Virus record (IMG/VR): IMGVR_UViG_3300042888_002402
Strand: one strand, 5' to 3'
Length of the DNA stretch: 64,000 bases
Source: a virus
The notes beneath the pieces are model-generated. The model ran no database searches, was not told where the DNA came from, and saw only the letters and a program-made list of their open reading frames with translations. Made by a program: the position numbers and the translations under genes. Positions 8,775-19,780 of this stretch are shown in pieces. How positions within the stretch are numbered: the first letter of the stretch is position 1; the number at the start of each line of letters is the position of its first letter.

Positions 8775-11700
8775 TTAGAGTCTACCAACAACCACTTCGA
8801 TTATACCAGATTCACCGTTGAAGTTTTCCAGTGCTTTACCAATCACAGTGCCCAGTGTTGGATTGGCTTCTGCACGAGCTTGCCCATTACCAGCTGATAC
8901 CATCATGTCACCTTTGCGTACAGGACCAACAACGCTACACGGCACACGACCTGTTAGTGCTATCATAGCAGTGAATTCACTGTGCAATCCAGAATTCATG
9001 CTATAAGCAGGGTTTGTAGATACCACGCCAGCAATGCGAGGATCTGCATCTGTGTCGCTTAGTGTTATCTCATTGTCACCGCCAAAACTTACAACAGTTC
9101 CAGGTTGATATTCTGCATCGGCTGAATATTTCTCTGCCAAGTCAGCGTATTGTGCAGTGGTTGCTTTGGCAAATACTGTGTTGAAACCTGCACCCGAAGC
9201 ACCAATGTTGCCGCTGCCAGCAGTACCACCATTGACAATTGCAGTAGCATTATTGTTGGCATTAACAGTGATTGCACCACTAACTGTAAGTGCAGTTAAT
9301 GTACCAACACTTGTGATGTTGCCTTGTGCTCCTGTGGTCACTGTGCCTGCAGTGGTTGCACTGGACACTGTGCCTGATACGTTGGCGCCTGCCACTGCAT
9401 TGGCAGTTGTTGCAAAAGCCACTGCACCTGATACGTTACCGCCTGGAATACTTGTTAATCCTGCACCAGATCCATTGAATTGTGAGCCAGTCACTTGACC
9501 AGTTACACTAACAGTAGTACCTGTATGATTGGTAGCTGATACGTTACCACCAGTTATGTTGCCAGTAGCACTGATGCCACCTGCAGTTGCCCACACATTG
9601 GCGGTATTGTTGTACAACCAAGTGATGAACGGTGAACCAATTGGACCCACTTCAATACCACCACCATTGGCTGCGGCACTGTTAATTGCATTGTTAGCAT
9701 AGTTGACTGTTAAGTCGTTAGTGCTAACCACATTAGAGTTAATGGTTGTGGTGTTGCCGTTCACTTGCAAGTTGCCTGCAATCACCACTAGTCCATCTAC
9801 ACCACCAGATGCATTTGGATCAATGGTCAGTGTTGGTCCAGCACTCACAATTGTATTAGCACTAATTGTAAATCCGCCTATGGTAGCAGTTCCTGCAGTG
9901 CTTAAATTACCACCTGTGACATTGCCTGTTGCACTAACAGTAGCACCATTGAGTACTGCGCTTGCATTACCAATTGTGGCAGCATTAACAGTGGCTGCCG
10001 ATACAGTGCCTGTTACAGCCAAACTACTTAACGTACCCACAGAAGTAATGTTTGTTTGTGCGGCTGTTTGTAGTGTACCTGTTAGTGTTGCACCTGAATT
10101 ACCAATTGTGGCTGCATTAACAGTGTCAGCAGTTATAGTGCCTGTGCCAGATACAACACCTGACCCAAATATCACATTGCCACCTGTGACATTGCCACTT
10201 GTGCTGATAAAACCAGAGCCTGCTGACAAGTTGCCACCGGTTACAGTGCCGTTTGCTTGTACAGTGCCAGCAACACTTACTCCAGTTGTGGCAATAACTG
10301 CCACATTTGGTGTGCCGCCAACTCCAGCAGTTATACTGCCATTGCTGGTTGCTATAGTGACATTACTTGTGCCATTGCTGATTGCAGCAGTGTTGAGTCC
10401 AACCACATTGGCGCCATTGATACTGGTCAATGCATAGCCGTTACCTAGTATATAACTACCACTTATGTTGCCATTGGCAGTGATTGTGCCTATTACGCTG
10501 ACACCTGTGGTAGTTGCAGTCAGCACGTTGGCAGTGCTGTTTACTGTGATAAATGCATTGCCATTGGTACCACGGAATCCTAAACTGCTGGTGCCAGCAG
10601 TGATTGAACTGACGTCAATGTTCCCAACTTCCAGCGTGGCAGGAGTTGTTCCGTCGCCTTCTAACACAGCAAATGTGTTTCCTGTGGCTTGTAATTGCAA
10701 GCCACCTAGATAAATGGTGTTGCCTGACACATACAAGCTCTGCCATTGATTGGTTGCATTGCCCAAGGTCTGTAACACATTGGATGTTGGGATCAAATTA
10801 CCAGTTACGTTAACTTGAGCAAGCGTTGGATCAGCAGCCACCACACCAGAGTCGTTGGAGTTTGTGATTGAGCTGACAGTGGTTGTGGTTGTGATTCCAC
10901 GCACATCAATTGAGTCACCAGGCTCTGGTGCTTCAGTGAATGTGAGTACACAGGTCGGGTCCACACCTGACACAGAATACGCAGTGGTCGGAATCTGCAG
11001 CACACCATTGATACTGACAATAACACTGTTGGTTGTTTGTGTGCTGTTTAATGTGAACGCTACAGTTGATCCATCACCGGTAAACTGTTGGTCGTCAACA
11101 ACTGTGAATACAGTTGAGCCAACACTTTGCCATTCAGTGTTGTTGTAAATTTCCAAACTGTTGGTAGTGTTGTTAAAACGCAACATACCAGTGACACCAG
11201 TTGATGGACGTTGATTTGTGTTACCAACCGGAGCAAGAATAGAAGTACTCGAGTTAAATGCCGCTATGGCATTTACAGTTTGTGTGCTTGAACCAAAACT
11301 GGCTGAGTTACTAGTGGCACTCACATAAAACACATTGGCCGCAGTGCCGTTAACAGCAAAATCCACTGTGTTTAGTGCAGAATTAAAGTTGACTCTACCA
11401 TTACTTACGCTTGTTATGTCGTTGCCAGTGGAACCGCCTATAATAATATTACTTCCAAAAACATTGCCTGCACGGACAGCATTATTGAGTAAGATATTGC
11501 CAGCATGCACATTGCCTGTAACACTGACATTGGCTGGCAAACTAAATGTCACTGTATCTGTAGTGGTAATCTGAACGTTGACTTGATCAGCAGTTCCAAC
11601 CAAACTTAGTGTTCCATCCAATGCCAATGCAGTGGTGTTGGCACCATCACTGATTGTGATACCGCCTGAAATAAAGCTATCCACATAGGCTTTGGTGGCT

Positions 11701-14486
11701 GCGTCTTGAGCTGCCTGAGGGTCAATCACATTGTTGATGTAATTTACACCAGCATCAATGTTACCAGTGTTGGGAATTACGATATTACCAGTGTAAAAAC
11801 CAGTGCCTGCAAGAACATTGCCTGAGGCAGTCAGTGTGGTAGCACTGATCACATTGGCGCCTGTGATATTACCTGCAGTGCCGATGTTGCCAGCTATGAC
11901 GTTGCCGTTAACGCTTAACAAGCCTGTGGTGTTGATTCCAGTATCATAGAATGTGGCAACAACATTAGAACTATTGCCAACAGCTACTACCAAATTGGCA
12001 TTTGCACTGGCAATGTTGGCAAAACTGCCACCATTGAATATTTTGCTTACATTCACATTACCTGGATTGATGTTGCTGATGTAGAAGCCATCACCAACAA
12101 AGAAACTGCCAGTGGTTATGTTGCCGCCTGCAGAAACATCTGCTACTACATAAACATTGCCGCCATTCACGTTGGTTGTGACATTCAAATTGCCATCAAC
12201 ATTGCCTGTCAAGCTCAGGTTAGCACCTGTCAAGAAGCTGTTAGAGGTTATGTTACCACCTGAACTGATAAAAGATACTGCTAATAAATTACCGCCAGTG
12301 ACATTACCGCCCACTGACAAACTGGTACCTGTGGCGTTGCCAATATTGGGAGATGTAAAAACAGCATTAGCTGAAACTTGCAGATTGCCTGTTCCGCTAA
12401 AATCAATAGTAGTGGTATCAACCCGGGCGCTGATAACTGTGCCAACAATTGCAATACCGTTACCAGCTTGTAAAGAGCCTGCGCCTCCAAACTGCGTCCA
12501 TGTTATTGGACTTGTTCCTACCGCAGTCACATTGGCAGTTTGAACCCATTGAGTGTTTCCATACACATTACCGTACTGGTTGAATACAAAGTCACCGGGT
12601 TGTATCTGAGCAGGACTATTAAAGTCGCTGGCACGAGTCAACACAGTGGAGTTGGAGAATACATACACACCATTTTCTACTGTGTTGGCCTGTGCAGTCA
12701 CCAAGATTCGTGTGTTGGCCACTGCTATGTTCACACCGTCAATGTTGGCATAAACACCGGTTGTTACCAGATTGGCACCCACACCTGCGTTACCATTGTT
12801 GTAGGTAACAGTACCACCAGATATGTTGGCCAATGTTGCAGGAGTAACTGCAAAGGTACTTGCTATAACTGTCAAGCCTTGTGCAACCGAATCCACATAG
12901 TACTTGGTTGCTGCATCTTGGTTTGCAATTGGGTCAGCCAAGTTCTTGATATACAATCCTGAAACACCAATGTTGCCCGAAGCACTGATATTGACATCAC
13001 CACCTTGTGCAGTCAATGCCAATGCACCACTGGCCACAACATTAGGAGTATTAACGCCAACACCGCCCCAGACATTGCCTGCAGTGCTGATATCTCCTGA
13101 ACTTGCAGCGTAGATATTTCCACCAGTGATATTGGCTACTGCTGATATATCAGTTTGAGCATATATATTACCACCTGAGCTGATCAAGGTTGTTGCTAAT
13201 AAGTTGCCACCTGTCACAGTGCTTGTGACATTCAAGTTGCCATCCACATTGCCTGACAGGCTTAGATTTGCACCTGTCAAGAAGCTGCTTGCCGATACAT
13301 TGCCACCTGAGCTGACCAGGGTCACGGCTACTAGATTGCCGCCATTAACTGATGTAGTCACATTTAAGTTGCCATCCACATTGCCTGTCAGGCTCAGATT
13401 TGCACCAGTCAAGAAACTGTTAGAGATTATATTACCATTGACACTGAGTGTTCCTGTGAGATTGACTCCAGTATCATAGAACGTGGCCACTGAGTTTGAA
13501 CTGTTGCCGATGGCCACTACCAAATTGGCATTTGCACTGGCAATGTTGGCAAAACTGCCACCGTTGACTATTTTAGTTATAGCTACGTTGCCTGGATTGA
13601 TGTTGCTGATGTAGAAGCCATCACCAATAAAGAAACTGCCAGTGGTTATGTTGCCGCCAGCACTGACAATTCCTACAGCTACTAAATTGCCACCTGTTAC
13701 ATTGGCAGTGACGTTCAAATTGCCATCCACATTACCTGATAAACTTAGATTTGCACCTGTTAGGAAACTGCTGGCTGATACGTTGCCACCAGAGCTGACC
13801 AGGGTAATGCCAACAATATTTCCACCTGTCACAGTACTTGTTACATTTAGGTTGCCATCCACATTACCCGACAAACTTAGATTTGCACCAGTCAAGAAAC
13901 TTGACGCACTAACGTTACCGCCCGAACTGACCAAAGTCACTGCTGACAAATTACCAGCATTCAAGTTGCCAGTGACGTTGGCCGTGGATACAATATTTCC
14001 CACTAAGCTTGTGGTGCCGTTTACTGCCAAATTACTGTTGGCTGTGATATTTGCAGCTTTAAAATCTGCGTAACTGGCAATGGTGAATACAGTGTTACTA
14101 TAGGTGTTGCCCTGATCTGTCAGGGTAAATGCTGCCACAAACTGGCTGTCGCTTTCTTTCCAGGCCAGTGCAATATTCTCAGATGCGCCACGCAGGCCAA
14201 TATAACCAATGTCAACTGTGGCATTTCCTGAAGTTTGTCCCGAAGCCAGCACCAGCAACGGATCTTCAATCAAGGTGTTGACAGTGTCAACTGTGGTTGT
14301 GGTACCCGAAACTGTCAAGTTACCAGTGATGGTAAGACTTGAATCATAGTTAAGATTGTTAGCAAGTTTTGCACTTGTAATAGTGTAATTTTGCAACTTT
14401 GACGCGGCATTTACACCGAGATAGATATTACCAGCACTGGCGTCGGTAATTTGATTGTTATTAATTCGGGTTAGATTTGTGGCCAC
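8775..14486 (-). CDS. Long tail fibre protein (1903 aa) with C-terminal intramolecular chaperone
   Basis: Extensive GN(V/I)(T/S)GGN repeats, DAATKYYVD motifs, GMLRFNNT..LEIY module, C-terminal QYADLAEKY..GRVPC..GKALE. GTG start with GGAG RBS and TAAATA. Confidence 0.8.
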   Translation of the reverse strand: MATNLTRINNNQITDASAGNIYLGVNAASKLQNYTITSAKLANNLNYDSSLTITGNLTVSGTTTTVDTVNTLIEDPLLVLASGQTSGNATVDIGYIGLRGASENIALAWKESDSQFVAAFTLTDQGNTYSNTVFTIASYADFKAANITANSNLAVNGTTSLVGNIVSTANVTGNLNAGNLSAVTLVSSGGNVSASSFLTGANLSLSGNVDGNLNVTSTVTGGNIVGITLVSSGGNVSASSFLTGANLSLSGNVDGNLNVTANVTGGNLVAVGIVSAGGNITTGSFFIGDGFYISNINPGNVAITKIVNGGSFANIASANANLVVAIGNSSNSVATFYDTGVNLTGTLSVNGNIISNSFLTGANLSLTGNVDGNLNVTTSVNGGNLVAVTLVSSGGNVSASSFLTGANLSLSGNVDGNLNVTSTVTGGNLLATTLISSGGNIYAQTDISAVANITGGNIYAASSGDISTAGNVWGGVGVNTPNVVASGALALTAQGGDVNISASGNIGVSGLYIKNLADPIANQDAATKYYVDSVAQGLTVIASTFAVTPATLANISGGTVTYNNGNAGVGANLVTTGVYANIDGVNIAVANTRILVTAQANTVENGVYVFSNSTVLTRASDFNSPAQIQPGDFVFNQYGNVYGNTQWVQTANVTAVGTSPITWTQFGGAGSLQAGNGIAIVGTVISARVDTTTIDFSGTGNLQVSANAVFTSPNIGNATGTSLSVGGNVTGGNLLAVSFISSGGNITSNSFLTGANLSLTGNVDGNLNVTTNVNGGNVYVVADVSAGGNITTGSFFVGDGFYISNINPGNVNVSKIFNGGSFANIASANANLVVAVGNSSNVVATFYDTGINTTGLLSVNGNVIAGNIGTAGNITGANVISATTLTASGNVLAGTGFYTGNIVIPNTGNIDAGVNYINNVIDPQAAQDAATKAYVDSFISGGITISDGANTTALALDGTLSLVGTADQVNVQITTTDTVTFSLPANVSVTGNVHAGNILLNNAVRAGNVFGSNIIIGGSTGNDITSVSNGRVNFNSALNTVDFAVNGTAANVFYVSATSNSASFGSSTQTVNAIAAFNSSTSILAPVGNTNQRPSTGVTGMLRFNNTTNSLEIYNNTEWQSVGSTVFTVVDDQQFTGDGSTVAFTLNSTQTTNSVIVSINGVLQIPTTAYSVSGVDPTCVLTFTEAPEPGDSIDVRGITTTTTVSSITNSNDSGVVAADPTLAQVNVTGNLIPTSNVLQTLGNATNQWQSLYVSGNTIYLGGLQLQATGNTFAVLEGDGTTPATLEVGNIDVSSITAGTSSLGFRGTNGNAFITVNSTANVLTATTTGVSVIGTITANGNISGSYILGNGYALTSINGANVVGLNTAAISNGTSNVTIATSNGSITAGVGGTPNVAVIATTGVSVAGTVQANGTVTGGNLSAGSGFISTSGNVTGGNVIFGSGVVSGTGTITADTVNAATIGNSGATLTGTLQTAAQTNITSVGTLSSLAVTGTVSAATVNAATIGNASAVLNGATVSATGNVTGGNLSTAGTATIGGFTISANTIVSAGPTLTIDPNASGGVDGLVVIAGNLQVNGNTTTINSNVVSTNDLTVNYANNAINSAAANGGGIEVGPIGSPFITWLYNNTANVWATAGGISATGNITGGNVSATNHTGTTVSVTGQVTGSQFNGSGAGLTSIPGGNVSGAVAFATTANAVAGANVSGTVSSATTAGTVTTGAQGNITSVGTLTALTVSGAITVNANNNATAIVNGGTAGSGNIGASGAGFNTVFAKATTAQYADLAEKYSADAEYQPGTVVSFGGDNEITLSDTDADPRIAGVVSTNPAYSMNSGLHSEFTAMIALTGRVPCSVVGPVRKGDMMVSAGNGQARAEANPTLGTVIGKALENFNGESGIIEVVVGRL
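11930..13980 (-). repeat. Internal coding repeats of the long fibre
   Basis: About five copies of SFLTGANLSL(S/T)GNVDGNLNVT. Two copies of GGNITTGSFFxGDGFYISNINPGNV..NGGSFANIASANANLVVA. Confidence 0.85.
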
Positions 14487-14560
14487 GGCTTGATTACTCC
14501 ATTATCATGAAGTATTTACCAAAATATCAAATTTTGATAGTTAGTGGTGATTATTTGTGT

Positions 14561-15592
14561 CTATAAAAAGCGAACGTCTATTGCGTCGCCAACAGAAGGC
14601 GCTTCTGAAAACACCAGATTTGCACTAGGATCCGGTGACATTGAGTAGGCAATTCCGGGTATCTGCACCACACCATTGAGCATGATCAGTGCAGCAGCTG
14701 AACTTGTGCTTTGTGTTAATGTAAAAGTATTTTGCACACCGTTGCCGTACAGTGTTTGATTTGTAATGGTTGGTGCACCCACTGTGGCCCAGGCATTTCC
14801 ATTATAAATTTCAACTGCTGGAGTATCAGTGTTATATCTTATGGTTCCTAACGTTGCCGGGTTTGGTTGTTGTGCAGTATTTCCTACCGGAATAACCAAA
14901 CCTGTTGTGGTATCTATTGTTATTAATCCTGTTCCAGTGGGTTGCAAAGTAATAGTAGCATTGGCAACACTGGAACTGATTGTGGTATTGCTAAAGGTAA
15001 TATTCCCAGTGTTGCCGCCCACACCAAATTGGCCCACGTATCTATAGCCCACAATGTACACTGCTTTGCCAGCGACGCCACCACTTATAGATGCTGGTAT
15101 TGTGGCTCCGTTAAAGTTTAAAATACCAGCTTGATAGTCAAAAAACCAAGTGTCGTCTGAGCCGGATCCAGCTTGGAACAATCTGGTGCCGGTGGTTTGT
15201 GGAGTGGTAGATCCTACGTTATCCACATAAACTGATACCAGATAGTTGGTGCCAAACTGTGTGGGTATCCAGTTGGTTAAATTGGTTTTCCAAGTTTGAT
15301 TGTCAGGTGCAGTTAAATCTTCTGTGCATTCTACTGTGGGGCTATATCCACCACCACCACCGTCTTTGTAAACTTCAACCAAAGAAGTAGTGTTGCTGGG
15401 TGGTGAACTAGGAATGTCACCACTGTAGGTCCAGACCAGGTCGCCGCGATACAGCAACGGACTGGCTATGCTTTCGTTAAACGCTTCTTTACTGCCCGAA
15501 CCCGGAGGAGGTATAGAAGTTTTGGCCACACCGTAACCAACTTTTTTCCAGAGATAGTCTAGTTTTTGACTTTCGTTAAATGAAGCAGCCAT
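14561..15592 (-). CDS. Virion structural protein
   Basis: WFFDYQAGILNF, GTIRYNTD..EIYNG and GNG..FTL..NGVVQIP..IDVRFL modules shared with neighbouring fibre genes. Confidence 0.65.
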   Translation of the reverse strand: MAASFNESQKLDYLWKKVGYGVAKTSIPPPGSGSKEAFNESIASPLLYRGDLVWTYSGDIPSSPPSNTTSLVEVYKDGGGGGYSPTVECTEDLTAPDNQTWKTNLTNWIPTQFGTNYLVSVYVDNVGSTTPQTTGTRLFQAGSGSDDTWFFDYQAGILNFNGATIPASISGGVAGKAVYIVGYRYVGQFGVGGNTGNITFSNTTISSSVANATITLQPTGTGLITIDTTTGLVIPVGNTAQQPNPATLGTIRYNTDTPAVEIYNGNAWATVGAPTITNQTLYGNGVQNTFTLTQSTSSAAALIMLNGVVQIPGIAYSMSPDPSANLVFSEAPSVGDAIDVRFL

Positions 15593-18500
15593 TATACAGC
15601 ATCTCCTATTGAAAGTGCAGTAATGGTTTGTCCACTACTCAATGCTATACGAACTAGGATATTATTACCTGTGCTGTTGCTTGAATTTTGTTCTCCCAGT
15701 GTCATGGTATAGCTCACATTGGCAATGGCCGAGTTAAGTGGTACAACATCAGCACCAGTCAAGGCAACACCGTTGCTGCCATTGCCTCCAGAGCCTGTGT
15801 TTGCCCCAGGAACGCCCGACCCGTTGTACTGTAGTGAGCAACTCAACCAACCGTTGAGACTACTTGTTGGGCCTGGAAAACCCGGTGTAGGTGTGCTAAA
15901 TCCACCGGTGTCAATTGTGGTACCCGGGGCTGCAATGAAAAGGCCTGCGATACCTGTAGTGGTTGTGAGCCTAATATCAAAGTTGGCCATGGTGGCTCTG
16001 CGGAAGGCAAAAGTGAAATATTGTAGCCCACTGCGACCTGTGGCTAGGTCTGGCCCTACAGGCAAATATCCGGTGGATAAGTCTGTAACATAATGTCTAA
16101 CTACACCATATCGGTCAACTGCATCTTGGGTGCCGGCAATAGTTTGAACCCCGGTCCAGACATTTCCGGTATAATAATTGGTGCTGCCATCGAATGCAGG
16201 TGTGTTGCTGGCAGCACCAAAGCCAGTTATTCGTAAAGCGTTGTCAGTATAAACAGATCCCAACGTGGCACTGACTGCAATGTTGCCTTCACTGATGCCA
16301 GTGTTGGCAGTGGCATTGACCTGTATCTTGGTTGGCAATTGCACTGTGGTGCTAGTCCCAATCACGTTGAATATGTTGGCACCTACGTTGGCCACAGCGT
16401 TGACTGCTCCGTTGATTAGAACATTAAGATTGCCCATTACATAGTTTGATGCAATGCCTATGTTGGCATTGACATTGCTGCCGGTTAACATACTAGATGT
16501 TCCGTTGATCTGCGTTAAATTTTTGGTTTGTGCGGCAATGATTGATCCAGAACCTTCTATAGCCGAACCAGCACTCAATGTCATTGGATCAGCACTGCGG
16601 AAAGTTTGACCAGTAAAATTCTGTAATTCTACCGTGGCCACAGTAATGCTTGGACTACCTGTGGCACTGTAATATGGTATTCCTGAAATATAAGTGAAAG
16701 TCCCGTCGACATTGCCCACCATGACCACGTTGCTGGTTACCAGAGTAGGTGCAGAATTTAAATTGTCTTTGACCATGCCCACTGTATTGGTATTGCCTGA
16801 TACTGTGTGTCTCAGTTGGAAATCGTTGTAACCAGTGCCCAAGCTGGCCAGGGTATTGCTGATGGTAGCAGAAAATACCTTGTAAAATCCTGTGGGCACT
16901 GCGGCGTTGGCCACATGTAGATCGCGGTCAGCTGACACAATCAATGCGCCTGCTGTGCCCACTGTGTTTCCACTCGTGGTAAATGTCACATTGCCAGCGG
17001 CTGTGTTGTTGACAAAGGCAGTCAATGTTCCTGTGGTTGCGGTGTTGGCATTTTGAACCTGTGTGCTGGTCGCAACTGGAGTAGTAGTGGCCACACGAAT
17101 CACAGATGTACCATTGGCCACAATGTTGCCACCGGTGTTGTCGGCAGCACCGGCCGCTAGTAGCGGACTAGTTCCTTGACTGGCTGTGGTAATGGTCACA
17201 TTGGTATAACCACTGAGATTGGTTGGTGCAGTAGGATTGTCTAAAATTGTGATATAACTGGTTCTAGTCTGCGTATTGCTCTGTGATATAGTTCCTGGAG
17301 TTCCATTGGCCTGTAGTGCTACTGTTTTAGTTCCAGTAGTTGGAGATCCCACTGCTGTTAGATAAGAATGTGTGACGTTGGCAAACGTTATAAGGCCAGT
17401 ATTGCTGGTAGTATCGCCCCAGGTCCAGTTGAATACATTTCCAGTAAAGGCCACATTGGGCGAGGTATCGTTGCGGAAGTTGAATAAACTTCTATCAAGG
17501 CCATTGTAGTCAGTGTATAGATATCCAACCTGTGCGTTGGATGTAAATCCAGTGGCATCAGTCTGTGTGTTACTGGTTCCCACAAAACCAGCTCTGACTT
17601 CTGGTTCTAGTGAAATAGTCACATTGCTGGACTTGAATGGGCTGGTGCTGAAGCCGGTATATAGCCAAAGATTTGCCACACGGTTCACTGTGGTTGCAGC
17701 ATTTTGTTGTGATCCAGTAAGAGAAAAAGTATGTGTAATATTGGCTGCACCAGGATTACCTGCTAGTCCAGTCTGAATATTGATGTTACTGTTGGCTGTG
17801 CTGTCGCCCCATTGGAAGTTATACACCTGTTGAGCACCAAAGCTGGCTGTGTTACCAGGACTGCCAGGTGTTTGATTTTGAAAACTTACCACACCGCCCG
17901 ACGTGGCCAAGTAGTTGATTGTGGTTGCAACATTGGCTGCTACCGCTGGACTCTGTGGTGAATAAACTTTGACATTGGTATTGGCCGATGTGACACTGTA
18001 AGGTGGTGCATTACCGGCTGTTTGATTTGTGCCTGTTAAATTGATTCCGTAAATGGCATCTGTGTTGGCAGAGTTAACATAGGTATGACTATTGGTGGTA
18101 AAACTATTGCCAGGGTCAACAATATTGCCATCACCATAGTTGATCGAATAAGATGTAGCAAACTGGCTGGTGTTGGTCAGTGTTACACTGCTACCGGTGT
18201 CCAGGGTTGTTGGGCTTGCAGTAAATGACGGGATTGGTAACGGTGTAAACAGAGTGATGAAATCAACATTAGTTGATGTGGCCGTTGATCCTTTGGCACC
18301 GGCGGCAGCATTGCCACTGTAGGTACCATTGGTGTTGTAGGCCGTGTAAACCACTGTGAATTGTCCACCAAGCACATTGCTATAGGTGTGTGTTGGATTG
18401 GCCGAGGTACTGGTATTACCGTCACCAAAATTCCAAAGATAACTGTTGGGGTTACCAATGTAGTGTCCAGTGAATGCCACACTCAGTGGACTTGGTCCTG

Positions 18501-19008
18501 AAGTTACATTGGCAGTGATATAGACATTACCTACAAATGTATTTCCGGCAATATTTAAACTCACTTGGTTGAGATCATCTATACTGTCTGTGACAAAAGT
18601 GTTGGCAGTCCATCCAGGATATGCTACGTTAGTGGTAAGACTACTGTCACTAGGAATTCCCAATGGAATAAGATTGCCTGTTACATTGCCACTGACACTG
18701 CTTACCACATGATCTACATAGTATTTTGTTGCGGCATCTTGGTTTTGTACAGGATCAGTTAGATTGTTGATGTAGACATTGCCTACACTGACATTGCCAA
18801 CATTGGGTATAGTGATATTGCCCACAGTGATATTGCCTGCAACTTGAAGAGCAGTAGACGGGCTACCAGTATTAACACCTATGCGATTATTGCCAACGTC
18901 AATGTATAAAACGCTGCCAGAAGTAGAGGTATTGGAGAATGATAGATTGTTGCCATCTCTATAGAGATTGGCCTGAAGCATTTGACCCGCAATACGACTA
19001 ATTGACAT
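15592..19008 (-). CDS. PKD-domain virion structural protein
   Basis: PKD signatures YLWNFGDGNTSTSANPTHTY, INYGDG, FQWGDS and NWTWGD. Confidence 0.8.
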   Translation of the reverse strand: MSISRIAGQMLQANLYRDGNNLSFSNTSTSGSVLYIDVGNNRIGVNTGSPSTALQVAGNITVGNITIPNVGNVSVGNVYINNLTDPVQNQDAATKYYVDHVVSSVSGNVTGNLIPLGIPSDSSLTTNVAYPGWTANTFVTDSIDDLNQVSLNIAGNTFVGNVYITANVTSGPSPLSVAFTGHYIGNPNSYLWNFGDGNTSTSANPTHTYSNVLGGQFTVVYTAYNTNGTYSGNAAAGAKGSTATSTNVDFITLFTPLPIPSFTASPTTLDTGSSVTLTNTSQFATSYSINYGDGNIVDPGNSFTTNSHTYVNSANTDAIYGINLTGTNQTAGNAPPYSVTSANTNVKVYSPQSPAVAANVATTINYLATSGGVVSFQNQTPGSPGNTASFGAQQVYNFQWGDSTANSNINIQTGLAGNPGAANITHTFSLTGSQQNAATTVNRVANLWLYTGFSTSPFKSSNVTISLEPEVRAGFVGTSNTQTDATGFTSNAQVGYLYTDYNGLDRSLFNFRNDTSPNVAFTGNVFNWTWGDTTSNTGLITFANVTHSYLTAVGSPTTGTKTVALQANGTPGTISQSNTQTRTSYITILDNPTAPTNLSGYTNVTITTASQGTSPLLAAGAADNTGGNIVANGTSVIRVATTTPVATSTQVQNANTATTGTLTAFVNNTAAGNVTFTTSGNTVGTAGALIVSADRDLHVANAAVPTGFYKVFSATISNTLASLGTGYNDFQLRHTVSGNTNTVGMVKDNLNSAPTLVTSNVVMVGNVDGTFTYISGIPYYSATGSPSITVATVELQNFTGQTFRSADPMTLSAGSAIEGSGSIIAAQTKNLTQINGTSSMLTGSNVNANIGIASNYVMGNLNVLINGAVNAVANVGANIFNVIGTSTTVQLPTKIQVNATANTGISEGNIAVSATLGSVYTDNALRITGFGAASNTPAFDGSTNYYTGNVWTGVQTIAGTQDAVDRYGVVRHYVTDLSTGYLPVGPDLATGRSGLQYFTFAFRRATMANFDIRLTTTTGIAGLFIAAPGTTIDTGGFSTPTPGFPGPTSSLNGWLSCSLQYNGSGVPGANTGSGGNGSNGVALTGADVVPLNSAIANVSYTMTLGEQNSSNSTGNNILVRIALSSGQTITALSIGDAV

Positions 19009-19040
19009 AGATTATCCTGGTGATAAGGTATTTAGCGAGT

Positions 19041-19454
19041 TTATAAATTGGTTTGAATCACGTTGATCACTGTCAGATCTGGTGGTGCCGAAGTAAATAT
19101 TATGTCATAACTGCCATTGACTGTGTATGCAGCTGGTGTACTGTTGCCGCCAGGTGTTTGATAAATTGATCCAACAAACACAATAATTTGTGCCGGATCA
19201 GACACTTGCTGGGTCATTGTGTATGTTGTGGTAGAACCATCTCCAGTGAAATTATCAACTGTGTAAATTGATCCTGAATTGCTTAACAAATACAACCATT
19301 GAGTGCCATCAAAATATTCCACTGCAGGAACTGTGGTGTTGTAACGTATGGTGCCAAAAAATGGGTTTTCTGGGCGGTTGGTAGAAGTTCCTGTAGGTAA
19401 TACCACTCCGGTGCTGCCAGATTGCAATTGCCGATTTTTGACAAAATATCCCAT
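19041..19454 (-). CDS. Small virion structural protein
   Basis: LPTGTSTNRP..GTIRYNT..EYFDG and FTGDGSTTTY modules. Confidence 0.65.
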   Translation of the reverse strand: MGYFVKNRQLQSGSTGVVLPTGTSTNRPENPFFGTIRYNTTVPAVEYFDGTQWLYLLSNSGSIYTVDNFTGDGSTTTYTMTQQVSDPAQIIVFVGSIYQTPGGNSTPAAYTVNGSYDIIFTSAPPDLTVINVIQTNL

Positions 19455-19771
19455 TATATTGAAGTGTATGAAGTTACCGCAGTCACTGTGTTAGCAGTGG
19501 TTATTACCTGTACAAAATCTCCTGTTTCTAACAATAACTTTTCTCCAGCAGCATAAATTTGGTAAGTGTCTCCACTGGCAAGTGGCAAAGAATACAGAAT
19601 TTGATTACTAGTTGTTGCAGTATCGCCGTTTGGCACCACAAATATGTTGGCAGTCACATTTGCAGCGCCCCAATTGTTTAAACTCAGCCAGGTAATGGCA
19701 GTGTTGCTGCCACTGGTGTAAACCGTATTACCAACTACTGTGTTGCTGATTACTTGTGTTGTTATTGACAT
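19454..19771 (-). CDS. Small beta-rich virion protein
   Basis: ORF in the late operon with AAGGA RBS. EKLLLETGDFV motif. Confidence 0.6.
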   Translation of the reverse strand: MSITTQVISNTVVGNTVYTSGSNTAITWLSLNNWGAANVTANIFVVPNGDTATTSNQILYSLPLASGDTYQIYAAGEKLLLETGDFVQVITTANTVTAVTSYTSI

Positions 19772-19780
19772 TTTTGTTCC

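Noticed and set aside
5920-9930. Duplicated fibre segments as a diversity-generating retroelement TR/VR pair
   Set aside because: In the stretch compared, differences are mostly synonymous third-position changes rather than adenine-specific. Both copies are coding and no reverse transcriptase lies in the window.
5803-14073. Many plus-strand V/P/L/T-rich ORFs (e.g. 6416-7285, 9703-10437)
   Set aside because: Antisense shadows of the repetitive fibre genes.
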